This document shows, in pieces, positions 1 through 10,906 of a stretch of DNA of 51,059 bases. The notes beneath the pieces were generated by a model, which worked only from the letters and a program-made list of their open reading frames with translations, ran no database searches and was not told the origin of the DNA. This DNA is from an uncultured Rhodobacterales bacterium. Lineage in GTDB: Bacteria; Pseudomonadota; Alphaproteobacteria; Rhodospirillales; CAJXLG01. Made by a program: the position numbers and the translations under genes. Numbering within the stretch: position 1 is the first letter of the stretch; each line of letters starts with the position of its first letter. The stretch spans positions 1-51,059 of the forward strand of contig CAZHRQ010000002.1 in assembly GCA_964535075.1 (NCBI GenBank), in the 5' to 3' direction.

Positions 1-28
1 GTAAGCAAGGTGAGGGGGGAGATGCGCT

Positions 29-883
29 TTAGAGAGGCAGGAGCGACAGGCTGACCAGCGGCCCCATCACCGTGGCGGCGGCCAACAGGCCATCCACCCG
101 GTCCAACAGACCCCCATGCCCGGGAATGAGCTGGCTGCTGTCCTTCACGCCAAAGCGCCGCTTGATGCCCGATTCCAGCAGGTCGCCAATCTGGGTGGCC
201 AGGGAAACCGCCACCGCCGCCGCCGGCACCCAGGGCACCAACGGCACGGGCCCCACCAGCAGGGCCGCCACCGTGCCCGCCGCCACCGCCGAGCCCAAAC
301 CGCCCAGCAGCCCGGCCCAGGTCTTGTTGGGACTGATGCGGGGCGCCAGCCGGGGTCCGCCCAGCAGCCGCCCCACCACATAGGCCCCCACATCGGTGGA
401 CCATACCACCGCCAGCAGCCATAGCAGCAGGGCCAGCCCGAGATCGGGAACCGCCCGCAACCACACCAAGGCCACCGCCGGCACGGCAATATACAGCACC
501 CCCAGCAACTGCCACGGCACCATCCCCCGAGGCAACCGCCACACCGCCACGGCCCCCACGAGCACAAGGCCCGGCACCAGCAGCAACAGTGCCAAGTGGG
601 CCCCCGCCAGCCCCACCGACAACACCGGCACACTCACGGCCACGGCCAGGGCAGCCACTTCCGGGCGGCCCCGGCCACCGCACAGGCGTGCCCATTCCCA
701 GGCCAACACCACGGTGCACAGGGCCACCAAAACATCAAAAAAGGGAGCGCCCAGGGCTGTCAGGGCCAGGACAGGCAGGCCGAGGGCCAGGCCGGACAGG
801 GTCCGCACCCGCCACACGACCGCCGGCCTAGCCGACGGCGCCGAAACGGCGTTCGCGCTGCTGGAAGGCGGCAATGGCGGCAT
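29..883 (-). CDS. cdsA: phosphatidate cytidylyltransferase (CDP-diglyceride synthase)
   Basis: 284-aa polytopic ORF with the C-terminal signature SPNKTWAG ... SGIKRRFGVKDSSQLIPGHGGLLDRVDG, typical of CdsA. It follows uppS as in the conserved frr-uppS-cdsA block. The ATG at 883 overlaps uppS by 56 nt; an in-frame GTG at 817 is an alternative start. Confidence 0.9.
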   Translation of the reverse strand: MPPLPPSSSANAVSAPSARPAVVWRVRTLSGLALGLPVLALTALGAPFFDVLVALCTVVLAWEWARLCGGRGRPEVAALAVAVSVPVLSVGLAGAHLALLLLVPGLVLVGAVAVWRLPRGMVPWQLLGVLYIAVPAVALVWLRAVPDLGLALLLWLLAVVWSTDVGAYVVGRLLGGPRLAPRISPNKTWAGLLGGLGSAVAAGTVAALLVGPVPLVPWVPAAAVAVSLATQIGDLLESGIKRRFGVKDSSQLIPGHGGLLDRVDGLLAAATVMGPLVSLSLLPL

Positions 884-1571
884 CGAATTCCTCTACGGTG
901 TAGTCCGGCCACAGGGTATCGGAAAACACCAGTTCCGCATAGGCCGCTTGCCACAACAGGAAGTTGGAAAGGCGAATTTCACCGCTGGTCCGGATCATCA
1001 GATCCGGATCGGGCGCGCCCCGGGTCAGCAGCCGGTCGTTAATCCGGGCCTCGTCCACCTCCGCCGGGTCGAGGCGGCCGGCGGCCACCTCCTCCGCCAG
1101 GGCGCGAACAGCCTGCGTGATATCCGCCCGGCCCCCGTAACTCAGGGCCAGGTGCAGACAGGTGGTGCCACAGTGGGCGGTACGCTCTTCCGCCCGCCCC
1201 ACTAATTCCTGGATGTCGGGATCCAGCCGCGTCCGGTCGCCAATCACCACCAGCCGCACGTCATGCTCCAGCAGGTGGTCGATTTCCCGGCGCAGATACA
1301 ACCGAAGAATGCCCATGAGGTCCAGGACTTCCGCCAAGGGTCGGCGCCAGTTTTCCGAGGAAAAGCCGAACAAGGTCAGATACGGGATCTTCCAGGCCGA
1401 GGTGCGGGCGATAATGCGGCGCACCGTCCGCGCACCCTGCTGGTGCCCCGCCGCGCGGGGCAGGCCCCGCTGGCGAGCCCAGCGGCCGTTGCCGTCCATG
1501 ATGATGGCCACGTGCGTCGGCAGGGGGCCCGTGGTGTCCCCGGGATCCGGGGCCGGATGAGGCGCCGTCAT
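828..1571 (-). CDS. uppS: di-trans,poly-cis-undecaprenyl-diphosphate synthase
   Basis: Carries the HVAIIMDGNGRWA and RTSGEIRLSNFLLWQAAYAELVF cis-prenyltransferase motifs. The start codon overlaps the frr stop (TGATG). Confidence 0.93.
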   Translation of the reverse strand: MTAPHPAPDPGDTTGPLPTHVAIIMDGNGRWARQRGLPRAAGHQQGARTVRRIIARTSAWKIPYLTLFGFSSENWRRPLAEVLDLMGILRLYLRREIDHLLEHDVRLVVIGDRTRLDPDIQELVGRAEERTAHCGTTCLHLALSYGGRADITQAVRALAEEVAAGRLDPAEVDEARINDRLLTRGAPDPDLMIRTSGEIRLSNFLLWQAAYAELVFSDTLWPDYTVEEFDAAIAAFQQRERRFGAVG

Positions 1572-2140
1572 CAGACCTGCATGATCTCCTTTTCCTTGTG
1601 GTTCAGCAACTCGTCGATGCGGCTGATATGGTCATCGGTCAGCTTCTGCACCGTTTCTCCGTGACGATGGTGCTCGTCCTTGGAGATGTCGCCGTCCTTT
1701 TCCATTTTCTTCAGGTGCTCCATGCCATCCCGCCGGACATTGCGCACGGAAATCCGCGCCTGCTCGGCGTACTTGGCGGCCACCTTGGTGAGTTCCTGGC
1801 GACGCTCTTCGGTCAGCGGCGGCACGGGGATACGCACCAGGGTGCCATCCGCCGACGGGTTGAGGCCCAGGCCGGAATCGCGAATCGCCTTTTCCACCGC
1901 CTTCACGTTGGCCTTGTCCCACACCTGCACCGCCAGCATACGGGGTTCCGGCGCGCTGATGGTTCCCACCTGTTCGATGGGCATCGCACTGCCGTAGGCG
2001 GTCACCACCACCGGTTCCAGCAGACTGGTGACGGCCCGGCCGGTGCGCAAGCCAGCGAATTCCTTGCGCAGCACCTCCAGGGCCCCGTCCATGCGGCGTT
2101 GCAGGTCATCCTTGAGAGCAGCAAAATCCTGATCGGCCAA
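1571..2140 (-). CDS. frr: ribosome recycling factor
   Basis: 189-aa ORF with RRF-like sequence throughout ([32 protein letters not shown]). It sits in the conserved pyrH-frr position. Confidence 0.93.
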   Translation of the reverse strand: MADQDFAALKDDLQRRMDGALEVLRKEFAGLRTGRAVTSLLEPVVVTAYGSAMPIEQVGTISAPEPRMLAVQVWDKANVKAVEKAIRDSGLGLNPSADGTLVRIPVPPLTEERRQELTKVAAKYAEQARISVRNVRRDGMEHLKKMEKDGDISKDEHHRHGETVQKLTDDHISRIDELLNHKEKEIMQV

Positions 2141-2143
2141 GGC

Positions 2144-2863
2144 TCAATCCTCCTGAGCAATAAGGGTGAAACGGCCCTCACCCGCGCACGCCGTGGCCAG
2201 GGCCCGGGTGTCGTGCAGGTTGAACACGATCAGCGGCAGCGTGGCCTCGCGTGCCAAGGCGATGGCGGTGGTGTCCATCACCTGCAGGTCCTCGCGCAAC
2301 ACATCGGCGTAGGTCAGCCGGTCGTAGCGGGTGGCGCTGGGATCCCGGCGGGGATCGGCGGAATAGACCCCGTCCACCTGCGTGGCCTTCATCACCACGT
2401 CACACTTCAGCTCCGCGGCACGCAACACCGCCGCCGTATCGGTGGTGAAAAAGGGGTTGCCGGTCCCCGCGGCACACAGCACCACCCGTCCCGCGTCCAG
2501 CGCCGCCAGACCGCGGCGGCGGGCATAGGCCTCACACACCCCGTCCATGGGCAGGGCAGAGAGCACCGACGTGGGCACACCGCGCTGTTCCAGGGCCCCC
2601 GCCAGGGCCAGCGCGTTCATCACCGTGGCCAGCATCCCCATATGATCGGCGGTGGCCCGGTCCATACCGGCGGCCGCCCCGGCCACCCCCCGGAAAATGT
2701 TGCCGCCGCCCAGCACCAGCGCCAACTGACGCCCCTGCTGATGAACCACGGCGATCTCCTCGGCCAGCCGGGTGGTGACGCCCGTATCAATGCCATAGGG
2801 CTGGTCCCCCAGCAGACCCTCGCCCGAGAGCTTCACCAGAATGCGGTGATAACCGGCACCCAT
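2144..2863 (-). CDS. pyrH: UMP kinase
   Basis: 239 aa with [16 protein letters not shown] and [12 protein letters not shown] motifs of the amino-acid-kinase-fold UMP kinase. Confidence 0.93.
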   Translation of the reverse strand: MGAGYHRILVKLSGEGLLGDQPYGIDTGVTTRLAEEIAVVHQQGRQLALVLGGGNIFRGVAGAAAGMDRATADHMGMLATVMNALALAGALEQRGVPTSVLSALPMDGVCEAYARRRGLAALDAGRVVLCAAGTGNPFFTTDTAAVLRAAELKCDVVMKATQVDGVYSADPRRDPSATRYDRLTYADVLREDLQVMDTTAIALAREATLPLIVFNLHDTRALATACAGEGRFTLIAQED

Positions 2864-2923
2864 GCGTTCCCCCTCTGCCCCAATGGCCCGCCCGCCCCGG
2901 CACTGCGAGGCGGGCGTCTGTCT

Positions 2924-3853
2924 TCAGCCCTGACCGGCGGCGGCGGCCACTTCGGCGGCGAAATCGCCCGTTTCCTTTTCGATCCCCTCGCCCAGGGCGA
3001 AGCGCACGAAATCGGTCACGGTCATGGCCACCCCGGCGCTGCTGGCATGGGCCTCCACGGCCTTGCCCACGGTGGTCTCGGAATCGATCACGTAGACCTG
3101 TTCCAGCAGCACCACTTCTTCGTAGAACTTGCGCAGGCGGCCTTCCACCATCTTCTCGATGATGTTTTCCGGCTTGCCCGAGGCCCGCGCCTGTTCCACC
3201 AGCACGTCACGCTCGCGGTCCACCGCCGCGGCATCCAGGTCCTCGCGCCGCGTGGCCTGGGGCGCCGTGGCCGCCACGTGCATGGCCACGTTGCGGCCGA
3301 TCTCTTCCAGCTTGGCGGCATCGCCTTCGGATTCCACCCCCACCAGCACCCCGATCTTCCCCAGACCCGGCACCAATTGGTTGTGGATGTAGGAGGCCAC
3401 CACGCCCTGGGGCACGTCCAGCACGGCCGTGCGGCGCAGGGTCATGTTCTCGCCGATGGTGGCGATCAGCTCGGTGAGCTCCGCCTCCACGGTGCGCCCG
3501 GTGCCAGGGAAGTCCATGGCCTTCAAGGCTTCCAGGTCACCATCGGCCTTCAGGGCCAGACCGGCCACGGTGGTCACGAACCCCTGGAAGGTTTCGTTCC
3601 GGGCCACGAAGTCCGTTTCGGAGTTCACCTCCACCATCGCGCCCCGGGGGCCTTCGACGGCCACGCCCACCAAGCCTTCGGCGGCGGTGCGGCCTGCCTT
3701 CTTGGCGGCGGCGGAGAGACCCTTCTTGCGCAGCCAGTCCACGGCCGCTTCCAGGTCGCCCTCGGTTTCGTTCAGCGCCTTCTTGCAGTCCATCATTCCG
3801 GCGCCGGTCTTCTCGCGCAACTCTTTCACCAGAGAGGCGGAGATCTGAGCCAT
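2924..3853 (-). CDS. tsf: translation elongation factor Ts
   Basis: [27 protein letters not shown] is the EF-Ts N-terminal signature. I moved the start to the ATG at 3853; the ORF-track start at 3883 adds 10 unconserved residues. Confidence 0.93.
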   Translation of the reverse strand: MAQISASLVKELREKTGAGMMDCKKALNETEGDLEAAVDWLRKKGLSAAAKKAGRTAAEGLVGVAVEGPRGAMVEVNSETDFVARNETFQGFVTTVAGLALKADGDLEALKAMDFPGTGRTVEAELTELIATIGENMTLRRTAVLDVPQGVVASYIHNQLVPGLGKIGVLVGVESEGDAAKLEEIGRNVAMHVAATAPQATRREDLDAAAVDRERDVLVEQARASGKPENIIEKMVEGRLRKFYEEVVLLEQVYVIDSETTVGKAVEAHASSAGVAMTVTDFVRFALGEGIEKETGDFAAEVAAAAGQG

Positions 3854-3998
3854 GGTATCGTCCCCTTGTTCCACGAAAACCAATCCGGACCCCGCAGGGC
3901 CGTGTCCCCACTGGGGCGTAGTCTATGGCACGGCCGTTCGCCGCGCGCAAACCCAAACGCGGGAGACCGCCCCCAGGGGGCGGCCTCCCACCGGGGGC

Positions 3999-4871
3999 TC
4001 AGCCCTGCTGCTGGGCGTCGGCACCGGCCTCGCCGTCGTTGGCGGCCGGCACGGAGTCTTCGGCCGCTTCCGCGACGGCCTCTTCGGCCGCGCCTTCCTT
4101 GGCCGAGGGAGCTTCGCCCGCCTCTTCCACCACCACCTCGGTGGAATCCTCCAGGGCGCCCAGATCGGTCCCGCTGCGGACCATTTCCTCTTGGATGCCA
4201 TCCAGCACGGCGCCGGACATGAGCTCGCAATAGAGGTCGATGGCGCGCAGGGCGTCATCGTTGCCCGGAATGGGATAGGTGATGCCGGCGGGGTCGGCGT
4301 TGCTGTCGCACACGGCCACCACGGGCACGCCCAGCTTGCGGGCTTCCTGAACGGCGATGTGCTCCTTGACCACGTCCACGATGAACAGGATGTCGGGCAG
4401 GCCGCCCATGTCCTTGATCCCGCCCAGGGTCAGTTCCAGCTTTTCCTGATCCCGTTGCAGGTTGAGCCGTTCCTTCTTGGTCAGACCCGTGGCTTCAGAC
4501 TCCAGACGCTCTTCCAGCTCCCGCAGACGGCGGATGGAATGGGAGACGGTCTTCCAGTTGGTCAGCATGCCACCGAGCCAGCGGTGGTTGACGTAGTACT
4601 GGCCGCACTGACTGGCGGCTTCGGCCATGCGGCCCTGGGCCTGACGCTTGGTACCCACAAACAGCACCCGGCCGCCGGCGGCGGTCACGTCCCGCACGGC
4701 CTGCATGGCGCGGTACAGCAGCGGCACGGTCTGTTGCAGGTCGATGATGTGGATGCCATTGCGCACCCCGAACAGATAGGGCTCCATCCGGGGGTTCCAG
4801 CGACGGGTGTGGTGACCGAAGTGCACGCCGGCTTCCAGCAGCTGGCGCATGGTAAAGGTGGGAAGGGCCAT
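3999..4871 (-). CDS. rpsB: 30S ribosomal protein S2
   Basis: [29 protein letters not shown] is the S2 signature. Start placed at the internal ATG 4871. The protein has an acidic, Ala-rich C-terminal tail. Confidence 0.93.
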   Translation of the reverse strand: MALPTFTMRQLLEAGVHFGHHTRRWNPRMEPYLFGVRNGIHIIDLQQTVPLLYRAMQAVRDVTAAGGRVLFVGTKRQAQGRMAEAASQCGQYYVNHRWLGGMLTNWKTVSHSIRRLRELEERLESEATGLTKKERLNLQRDQEKLELTLGGIKDMGGLPDILFIVDVVKEHIAVQEARKLGVPVVAVCDSNADPAGITYPIPGNDDALRAIDLYCELMSGAVLDGIQEEMVRSGTDLGALEDSTEVVVEEAGEAPSAKEGAAEEAVAEAAEDSVPAANDGEAGADAQQQG

Positions 4872-5264
4872 GATTCGAAACGATCCTTGACGTTTCCGGT
4901 TGATCCGCCACGGGCGCGCCCCGCAAGAAAGCAACGGCCGGCGCGCCATAAGGCGGCCGACCACGCTCAGCTTATCGGGGACCGGAAGAACACCGCCATC
5001 CGCCGGCGGTTGCTGGCCGCCGCATCCCGAGAGGGGACGCCGGCCAGCCCCGGCGGTGGGGGTCCGCGTGAAAGCACGTGCCCGCGTGTGAGGTTGATCC
5101 GGGGTTCATACCCCAATCCCGCGCCCTTGACAAGGCTCCGTGGCGACGGGACAACCGCCCTGCGGCTTTTTCGTTTGCGGCCGACGGCCGGAAGGCTACA
5201 GTCCCGGCCGTCGCCATCCTGTCCGGTCCCCATCATGACCGGCCCCGATCATGGAGAGGGTGTC

Positions 5265-6581
5265 ATGCGCCTGTCCCGTTATTTCCTGCCCACCCTGAAG
5301 GAAAACCCCACCGAGGCGCAGATCGTCTCCCACCGGCTGATGCTGCGGGCCGGCATGATCCAGCAAAGCGCCGCCGGCATCTATAGCTGGCTGCCCCTGG
5401 GGCGGCGGGTGCTGCGCAACATCGAAACCCTGGTGCACGAGGAACAGGCCCGGGCCGGCGCCCACGAAATCCTCATGCCCACCATCCAGTCCGCCGACCT
5501 GTGGCGGGAAAGCGGCCGCTACGACGACTATGGCGCCGAGATGCTGCGCATCACCGACCGTCACCAGCGGGACCTGTTGTACGGCCCCACCGCCGAGGAA
5601 CTGGTGACCGACATCTTCCGCCAGCACTGCCGTAGTTATCGCGACCTGCCGGTGGTCCTCTATCAGGTGCACTGGAAATTCCGCGATGAAGTGCGGCCCC
5701 GTTTCGGCGTGATGCGGGGCCGGGAATTCCTCATGAAGGATGGCTATTCCTTTGATCTCAGCCACGAGGACGCGCAGCGTACCTACCACCGCATGTTTGT
5801 TTCCTACCTGCGCACCTTCGCCCGCATGGGCATCAAGGCCATTCCCATGAAAGCCGACACCGGGCCCATTGGGGGCGATCTGTCCCACGAATTCATCATC
5901 CTGGCCGATACGGGCGAATCGGAGGTCTATTGCCACCGCGACTGGCTGGAACGGGACTTCCTGGCCCAGTCCGTGGACTACGATGCCGACCTGGGGCCGC
6001 TGGTGGCCGAGTGGACCCGCCTCTACGCCGCCACCGACGAAATGCACGATCCGGAAACCGCCGCCGCCCTGGGCGATGCGCTGGTGACCCGGCGTGGCAT
6101 CGAGGTGGGGCACATCTTCCACTTCGGCACCAAGTATTCCGAGCCCATGAATGCCGTGGTGCAGACGCCCAACGGCGGTCAGGCGCCGGTGTTCATGGGC
6201 AGCTACGGCATCGGCGTTTCCCGTCTAGCCGGCGCCATCATCGAGGCCAGCCACGACGACGCCGGCATCATCTGGCCGGAAGCAGTGGCGCCCTTCCACG
6301 TGGGGCTGATCAATCTGAAGTCGGGGGATGCCCGCTGCGATGCCGCCTGCGAGGACCTGTACGGCGCCCTGGTGAACGCCGGGGTGGAGGTGCTCTACGA
6401 CGACCGCCTGGACCTGCGCGCCGGGGCCAAGTTCGCCGACATGGACCTCATCGGCCTGCCGTGGCAACTGGTGGTGGGGCCCAAGGGCCTGGACAACGGC
6501 GTGGTGGAACTCAAGAATCGGGCCACCGGGGCGCGCACGGAACTGAGCCGTGACGCCGCCCTCGCCCACCTGACCGGGTGA
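5265..6581 (+). CDS. proS: proline--tRNA ligase (short alphaproteobacterial type)
   Basis: [34 protein letters not shown] plus class II aaRS motifs. The real start is the ATG at 5265, inside the long 3852..6581 ORF. Confidence 0.92.
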   Translation: MRLSRYFLPTLKENPTEAQIVSHRLMLRAGMIQQSAAGIYSWLPLGRRVLRNIETLVHEEQARAGAHEILMPTIQSADLWRESGRYDDYGAEMLRITDRHQRDLLYGPTAEELVTDIFRQHCRSYRDLPVVLYQVHWKFRDEVRPRFGVMRGREFLMKDGYSFDLSHEDAQRTYHRMFVSYLRTFARMGIKAIPMKADTGPIGGDLSHEFIILADTGESEVYCHRDWLERDFLAQSVDYDADLGPLVAEWTRLYAATDEMHDPETAAALGDALVTRRGIEVGHIFHFGTKYSEPMNAVVQTPNGGQAPVFMGSYGIGVSRLAGAIIEASHDDAGIIWPEAVAPFHVGLINLKSGDARCDAACEDLYGALVNAGVEVLYDDRLDLRAGAKFADMDLIGLPWQLVVGPKGLDNGVVELKNRATGARTELSRDAALAHLTG

Positions 6582-6588
6582 TCCGCCG

Positions 6589-7851
6589 ATGCTGTCCGCC
6601 TTCGAGCGCATGGTGGCCTTTCGCTACCTGCGCGCCCGCCGCCGGGACGGTTTCATTTCCGTCATCGCCGGCTTTTCATTGCTGGGGATCGCCCTGGGCG
6701 TGGCCACCCTCATCATCGTCATGGCGGTGATGAACGGCTTCCGGGCCGAGTTGTTCACCCGCATCATCGGCCTCAACGGCCACCTGAGCGTCTACGGCCC
6801 CGCCAACCGCCTCACCGACTACGACGCCCTGGCGGACAAGGTGCGGGACATCCCCGGGGTGCGGCTGGTGACTCCGGTGCTGGAAGGCCAGGTGATGGCC
6901 TTGGGCCCCCACGGCAGCAGCGGCGCCATGGTACGGGGGGTCACCCGCCAGTCCCTGGAGGCCCGCCGTGCCGTTGCCGACAATCTGTCCGCCGGCGCCC
7001 TGTCGCGCTTCGGGCCGGACGGCGGGGTGATCGTGGGACACCGGCTGGCCACCAGCCTGGGGGTGGCGCCCCTGGGCGCCGGCACCCAGGGAGAGGTGCG
7101 GCTGGTCTCGCCCAAGGGCAACACCACCGTGTTCGGCACCGTGCCCACCGTGCGGGCTTTTCCCGTGGCCGGCACCTTTGACGTGGGCATGTTCGAGTAC
7201 GATTCCGGCTACATCTACATGCCGCTGGATCTGGCCCAGCTCTATTTCCGCCAGCCCGACGCCGTGACGCAGTTGCAGATCCTGGTGGACGATCCCCACC
7301 AGGATCTGGACCCGGTGCGGGCCGCGCTGACCCCGATGTTGCCGGCCGGGGCGCGAGTCTATGACTGGAAGCAGTCCAACGCCAGCTTCTTCAATGCGTT
7401 GCAGGTGGAGCGGAACGTCATGTTCCTGATCCTGACCCTGATCATCGTCGTGGCGGCCTTCAACATCATTTCCAGCCTGATCATGCTGGTGAAGGACAAG
7501 GGCCGGGACATTGCCATCCTGCGCACCATGGGCGCCACCCGGGGCATGATCCTGCGCATCTTCATGTTGTCGGGCGCCAGCATCGGCGTGGTGGGCACCA
7601 CCCTGGGGGTGATCCTGGGGCTGGCCTTCGCCCTGAACATCGAGACCATCCGCCAGGGCCTGCAAATGCTCACCGGGACCGAGTTGTTCTCGGCCGAGAT
7701 CTACTTCCTGAGCAAGCTCCCCGCGGATGTGGACCTCTGGGAGGTGGTGAAAGTGGTTGGCATGGCCCTGGGGCTGAGCCTGGGGGCCACCCTGTATCCC
7801 GCCTGGCGGGCCGCCCGCCTCGATCCCGTGGAGGCTCTGCGCCATGAGTGA
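6589..7851 (+). CDS. lolC: lipoprotein-releasing ABC transporter permease (LolC/LolE family)
   Basis: 420 aa with FtsX/MacB-like topology (TM1, large periplasmic domain, three C-terminal TMs). It is followed by lolD with an 8-nt overlap. Confidence 0.85.
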   Translation: MLSAFERMVAFRYLRARRRDGFISVIAGFSLLGIALGVATLIIVMAVMNGFRAELFTRIIGLNGHLSVYGPANRLTDYDALADKVRDIPGVRLVTPVLEGQVMALGPHGSSGAMVRGVTRQSLEARRAVADNLSAGALSRFGPDGGVIVGHRLATSLGVAPLGAGTQGEVRLVSPKGNTTVFGTVPTVRAFPVAGTFDVGMFEYDSGYIYMPLDLAQLYFRQPDAVTQLQILVDDPHQDLDPVRAALTPMLPAGARVYDWKQSNASFFNALQVERNVMFLILTLIIVVAAFNIISSLIMLVKDKGRDIAILRTMGATRGMILRIFMLSGASIGVVGTTLGVILGLAFALNIETIRQGLQMLTGTELFSAEIYFLSKLPADVDLWEVVKVVGMALGLSLGATLYPAWRAARLDPVEALRHE

Positions 7852-8536
7852 GACCCCGCCGGTGCTGGACCTCAAGGGCGTGCGGCGCCACTTCCGTCAG
7901 GGAGAGACGGTGCTGCCCATCCTGGACGCCTGCGACCTGACCATCCGCGCCGGCGAGATGGTGGCGTTGGTGGGCCCCTCGGGCTCGGGCAAGTCCACCC
8001 TGCTGCATCTGGCCGGGCTGCTGGAGCGGCCCGACGACGGCGACATCGTGCTGGAGGGCACCGCCACCGCCCGCCTGAGCGACGCCCGCCGCACCCGGCT
8101 GCGGCGCGAAACCCTGGGGTTCGTCTACCAGAGTCACCACCTGTTGCCCGAATTCTCGGCCCTGGAAAACGTGGTGGTGCCGCAGATGATCGCCGGGGTG
8201 CGTCGGGGCGCGGCAGCGACGCGGGGCCGCACGCTGCTGGAGCGTCTGGGCCTGGGGGACCGTACCGGCCACCGCCCCGGCATGCTGTCGGGCGGCGAGC
8301 AGCAGCGGGTGGCCATCGCCCGCGCGCTGGCCAACGATCCCCGGCTGCTGTTCGCCGACGAACCCACCGGCAACCTGGACCCTCATACCGCCGGCGCGGT
8401 GTTCGAGTCCCTGGTGACGCTGGTGCGGGAAACGGGGTTGGCCGCCCTGATGGCCACCCACGATCACGCCCTCGCCCGACGCATGGACCGCATTGTCACC
8501 CTGCAGGAAGGCCGGGTGGTGCCTTTCACCGCCTAA
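7844..8536 (+). CDS. lolD: lipoprotein-releasing ABC transporter ATP-binding protein
   Basis: Walker [13 protein letters not shown] signature [15 protein letters not shown], and Walker [13 protein letters not shown]. Confidence 0.88.
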   Translation: MSETPPVLDLKGVRRHFRQGETVLPILDACDLTIRAGEMVALVGPSGSGKSTLLHLAGLLERPDDGDIVLEGTATARLSDARRTRLRRETLGFVYQSHHLLPEFSALENVVVPQMIAGVRRGAAATRGRTLLERLGLGDRTGHRPGMLSGGEQQRVAIARALANDPRLLFADEPTGNLDPHTAGAVFESLVTLVRETGLAALMATHDHALARRMDRIVTLQEGRVVPFTA

Positions 8537-8668
8537 CCTTGGCCGGCCAGCTATAACGTTTGGTCTGGTTGGCCGGCGCGCCCAAAGCCCCTACCCTGTG
8601 TGCCACAAAAATGAAAACCGCCCGCCCTGGTGCGGGTGAAACGTGCGGCTGAATCAGGAGGAAGCGCC

Positions 8669-9058
8669 ATGACCGCCAGTCAACCCAGTGTTGCTGATAT
8701 CGCCCTGGTGGGCTTGGGAGAAGTGGGAAGCCGGTTTTTTGATGAAATGTTGGCGTTGAAGGACCGCGGCATTCACATCGTTTGCGTGGCGGAGCTGGAC
8801 GATACACCCGCCCGCCGTCGGGCCCAGGCGGAAGGCATTCCCCTGAAAACCCTGGACGAAATCGTGGGCCTGGGCCATGCGGTGGACGTGATTTTCGACC
8901 TCACCGGTGCCCCGGCCGTCCGCAAGAAGCTGCGCGAGCAAATGCAGGTCACCAAGAACCGTCACACCATCATCGCGCCTGAAACCATGGCGCGCCTGCT
9001 GTGGGCGGTGATCAGCGAAGACCGCCTGCCGGACCACCACGGCGACAAGGGCTACTGA
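8669..9058 (+). CDS. hypothetical small protein with N-terminal Rossmann-like (GxGxxG) motif
   Basis: The ATG at 8669 is preceded by CAGGAGGAAG. IALVGLGEVGSRF resembles the dinucleotide-binding loop of homoserine-dehydrogenase-type NAD-binding domains. At 129 aa there is no catalytic domain. Confidence 0.5.
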   Translation: MTASQPSVADIALVGLGEVGSRFFDEMLALKDRGIHIVCVAELDDTPARRRAQAEGIPLKTLDEIVGLGHAVDVIFDLTGAPAVRKKLREQMQVTKNRHTIIAPETMARLLWAVISEDRLPDHHGDKGY

Positions 9059-9116
9059 GCGCGGAACCTCGCCTCATTTCCGCCGGGGTGATAGGGTGGC
9101 GGTCTCGCTTTCCCCC

Positions 9117-9255
9117 TAGAGCCTATCGCGGTCAATGGGACCCAATTCTCGGGTCCCATTGACCGCGTGAATCGGCTCTATCCATTTGTTTTAGAGCGGA
9201 TTCACGCACCCAATCCGGTTCACAGCGTGAACCCGATTGGGTGCGATCCGCTCTA
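9117..9255. repeat. composite palindromic repeat, copy A (module 1 inverted + linker + module 2)
   Basis: Module 1 (9117-9180) is TAGAGCC...GGTCAATGGGACCC-loop-GGGTCCCATTGACC...GGCTCTA. The linker is TCCATTTGTTT. Module 2 (9192-9255) is TAGAGCGGATTCACGCACCCAATC...GATTGGGTGCGATCCGCTCTA. Related copies occur at 7 other sites in the window. Confidence 0.9.
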
Positions 9256-9279
9256 TCGCCCCGGAAAGGACCCGGCGTC

Positions 9280-9921
9280 ATGGATGTGGCCGCCCAGCTT
9301 GCCCAGGTGAAGGACTCCCTGCCCCCGCGCGTTACCCTGGTGGCGGTAAGCAAGGTGCACGGGCCCGAACGTATCCGGCCAGCCCTCGCCGCCGGCCATC
9401 GGGTGTTTGGTGAAAACCGGGTGCAGGAGGCGCACACCAAGTGGCCGCCCCTGAAGGCCGATTATCCCGACGGGGAGCTGCACCTTATCGGCCCATTGCA
9501 GACCAATAAGGTGCGGGAAGCGGTGGCCCTGTTCGACGTGATCCAGACCGTGGATCGCCCGAAACTAGCCCGCTGTCTGGCCGAGGAAATCGCTCGCAGC
9601 GGTCGCCATCCGGCCCTGCTGGTGCAGGTGAACACGGGCGCCGAACCACAAAAGGCCGGCGTGTTGCCCGACCACGCCGATGAGTTCCTGGCCCAGTGCC
9701 GGGAGGAATTCGGCCTGACCGTGCGCGGCTTGATGGCCATCCCCCCCGTGGACGAGGAACCCGCCCCCCATTTCGCCCTGCTGCGGGACATGGCCGACCG
9801 CCACGGCCTGGATTGGGTCAGCATGGGCATGAGCCACGACTATCACCTGGCGGTGCGCTTCGGCGCCACTCACGTGCGGGTGGGCTCGGCCATCTTTGGC
9901 GAACGGCCGAAAGGGGCGTGA
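9280..9921 (+). CDS. yggS: PLP-binding homeostasis protein, YggS family
   Basis: VAVSKVHGPERIRPALAAGHRVFGENRVQEA and LHLIGPLQTNKV are YggS/alanine-racemase-N-fold motifs. I prefer the ATG at 9280 (GGAAAGGA upstream) over the GTG at 9241, which lies inside the repeat. Confidence 0.88.
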   Translation: MDVAAQLAQVKDSLPPRVTLVAVSKVHGPERIRPALAAGHRVFGENRVQEAHTKWPPLKADYPDGELHLIGPLQTNKVREAVALFDVIQTVDRPKLARCLAEEIARSGRHPALLVQVNTGAEPQKAGVLPDHADEFLAQCREEFGLTVRGLMAIPPVDEEPAPHFALLRDMADRHGLDWVSMGMSHDYHLAVRFGATHVRVGSAIFGERPKGA

Positions 9922-9926
9922 CGGAC

Positions 9927-9956
9927 TTGGCGGGACAACGCACCCTCTGGTATACT
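9927..9956 (+). promoter_or_regulatory. candidate sigma-70 promoter for the radical-SAM/kinase pair
   Basis: TTGGCG (9927-9932), an 18-nt spacer, then TATACT (9951-9956). It is followed by the AT-rich stretch TTAACTAATTATTAAC (9962-9977). Motif match only. Confidence 0.3.
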
Positions 9957-10014
9957 TCTTCTTAACTAATTATTAACGCTTCCGCGCCGCCCCAGTCTGG
10001 CAGGACCCGCCCTC

Positions 10015-10902
10015 ATGGTGATCGCCTATCACGAGCCCGTTTTTCGGCCGCCGTCCGAGGCCCATAATCTTATCCTCCAGGCCACGGTGGGCTGCCGCTA
10101 CAACCGTTGCACCTTCTGTTCCATGTACACGGATAAGACCTATGGCCCCCGACCGGTGGCCGAGGTGATCGCGGACATGGAGGCCGCCGCCGCCGCGTGG
10201 CCGGAGACCCATCGGGTCTTCCTGGCCGATGGCGATGCCTTCACCCTGCCCACCGACCACCTGCACACCCTGTTGCAGGCGCTGGCCGCCCGCTTTCCGG
10301 CGCTGCAACGGGTGTCGTGCTACGCCACCCCCGCCGATGTGTTGAAAAAAAGCCCGGAGGAGCTGGCGACGCTGCGGGCGGCCGGGCTGCGGCTGATCTA
10401 TCTGGGGGTGGAGACCGGCGATCCGGCCCTGCTGCGCCGCATTCGCAAGGGCGTCACCGCCGAGGGCCTGGAAAAAGCCTTGACCCGGGCCCGGACGGCC
10501 GGCCTCAAGGTCTCGGCCACGGTGATCCTGGGGTTGGCGGGCCGGCACGGCTGGCAGGACCACGTGGACCACACCGCCGCCGTCATCAACGCCGCCCCGC
10601 CTCCCTATCTGTCTACTTTGCAACTGTTTCTCACACCCGCGGCGGAAGCGCCATTCCGGGAGGCCTTCGGCACCGATCCCCCGTTCGTTCCCCAGGACGA
10701 CAGCGGCATTCTGGCGGAACAGGAACGCTTTCTTCAGGCCCTGACCCCGCCCCATCCGGTGATTTTCCGCTCCAACCATGCCTCCAACGCCCTGGCCCTG
10801 GCCGGCACCCTGCCTCGGGACCGGGAACGGCTGGTGGCGACGGTGGCGGCCGCCCGCGCGGGCAGCGTGGCCCTGCGGCCCCTGATGGCCCGGAGCTTGT
10901 AA
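10015..10902 (+). CDS. radical SAM domain protein
   Basis: 295 aa. It has the cluster motif GCRYNRCTFCSMY near the N-terminus (spacing CX4CX2C) and a TIM-barrel-like remainder (VFLADGDAF, IYLGVETGD). Confidence 0.8.
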   Translation: MVIAYHEPVFRPPSEAHNLILQATVGCRYNRCTFCSMYTDKTYGPRPVAEVIADMEAAAAAWPETHRVFLADGDAFTLPTDHLHTLLQALAARFPALQRVSCYATPADVLKKSPEELATLRAAGLRLIYLGVETGDPALLRRIRKGVTAEGLEKALTRARTAGLKVSATVILGLAGRHGWQDHVDHTAAVINAAPPPYLSTLQLFLTPAAEAPFREAFGTDPPFVPQDDSGILAEQERFLQALTPPHPVIFRSNHASNALALAGTLPRDRERLVATVAAARAGSVALRPLMARSL

Positions 10903-10906
10903 CGCG

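Noticed and set aside
1598-4222. 874-aa plus-strand ORF spanning frr, pyrH, tsf and rpsB. Similar very long ORFs occur at 12458-14305, 14331-16412, 16442-18052, 38941-40542 and 41092-43428.
   Set aside because: These lie antisense to genes with unmistakable conserved products. The translations are Gly/Arg/His/Pro-rich low-complexity sequence, typical of shadow ORFs in GC-rich DNA. None has start-site context.
4872-5264. 393-bp non-coding gap between the divergent rpsB and proS genes. It has a GGCGCGCC...GGCGCGCC hairpin (about 4912-4947) and a 10-bp-stem hairpin (about 5181-5218).
   Set aside because: It probably holds divergent promoters and leaders. GC-rich hairpins are expected by chance in this composition, and I could not tie the structures to a known r-protein leader or riboswitch.
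9132-9440. ORFs whose products end in ...SRGQWDPR(I/M)GSH (also 18744-19181 and 35889-36905), which could be mistaken for a conserved protein family.
   Set aside because: The shared peptide is simply the translation of the palindromic repeat module. The ORFs otherwise overlap real genes or intergenic DNA.
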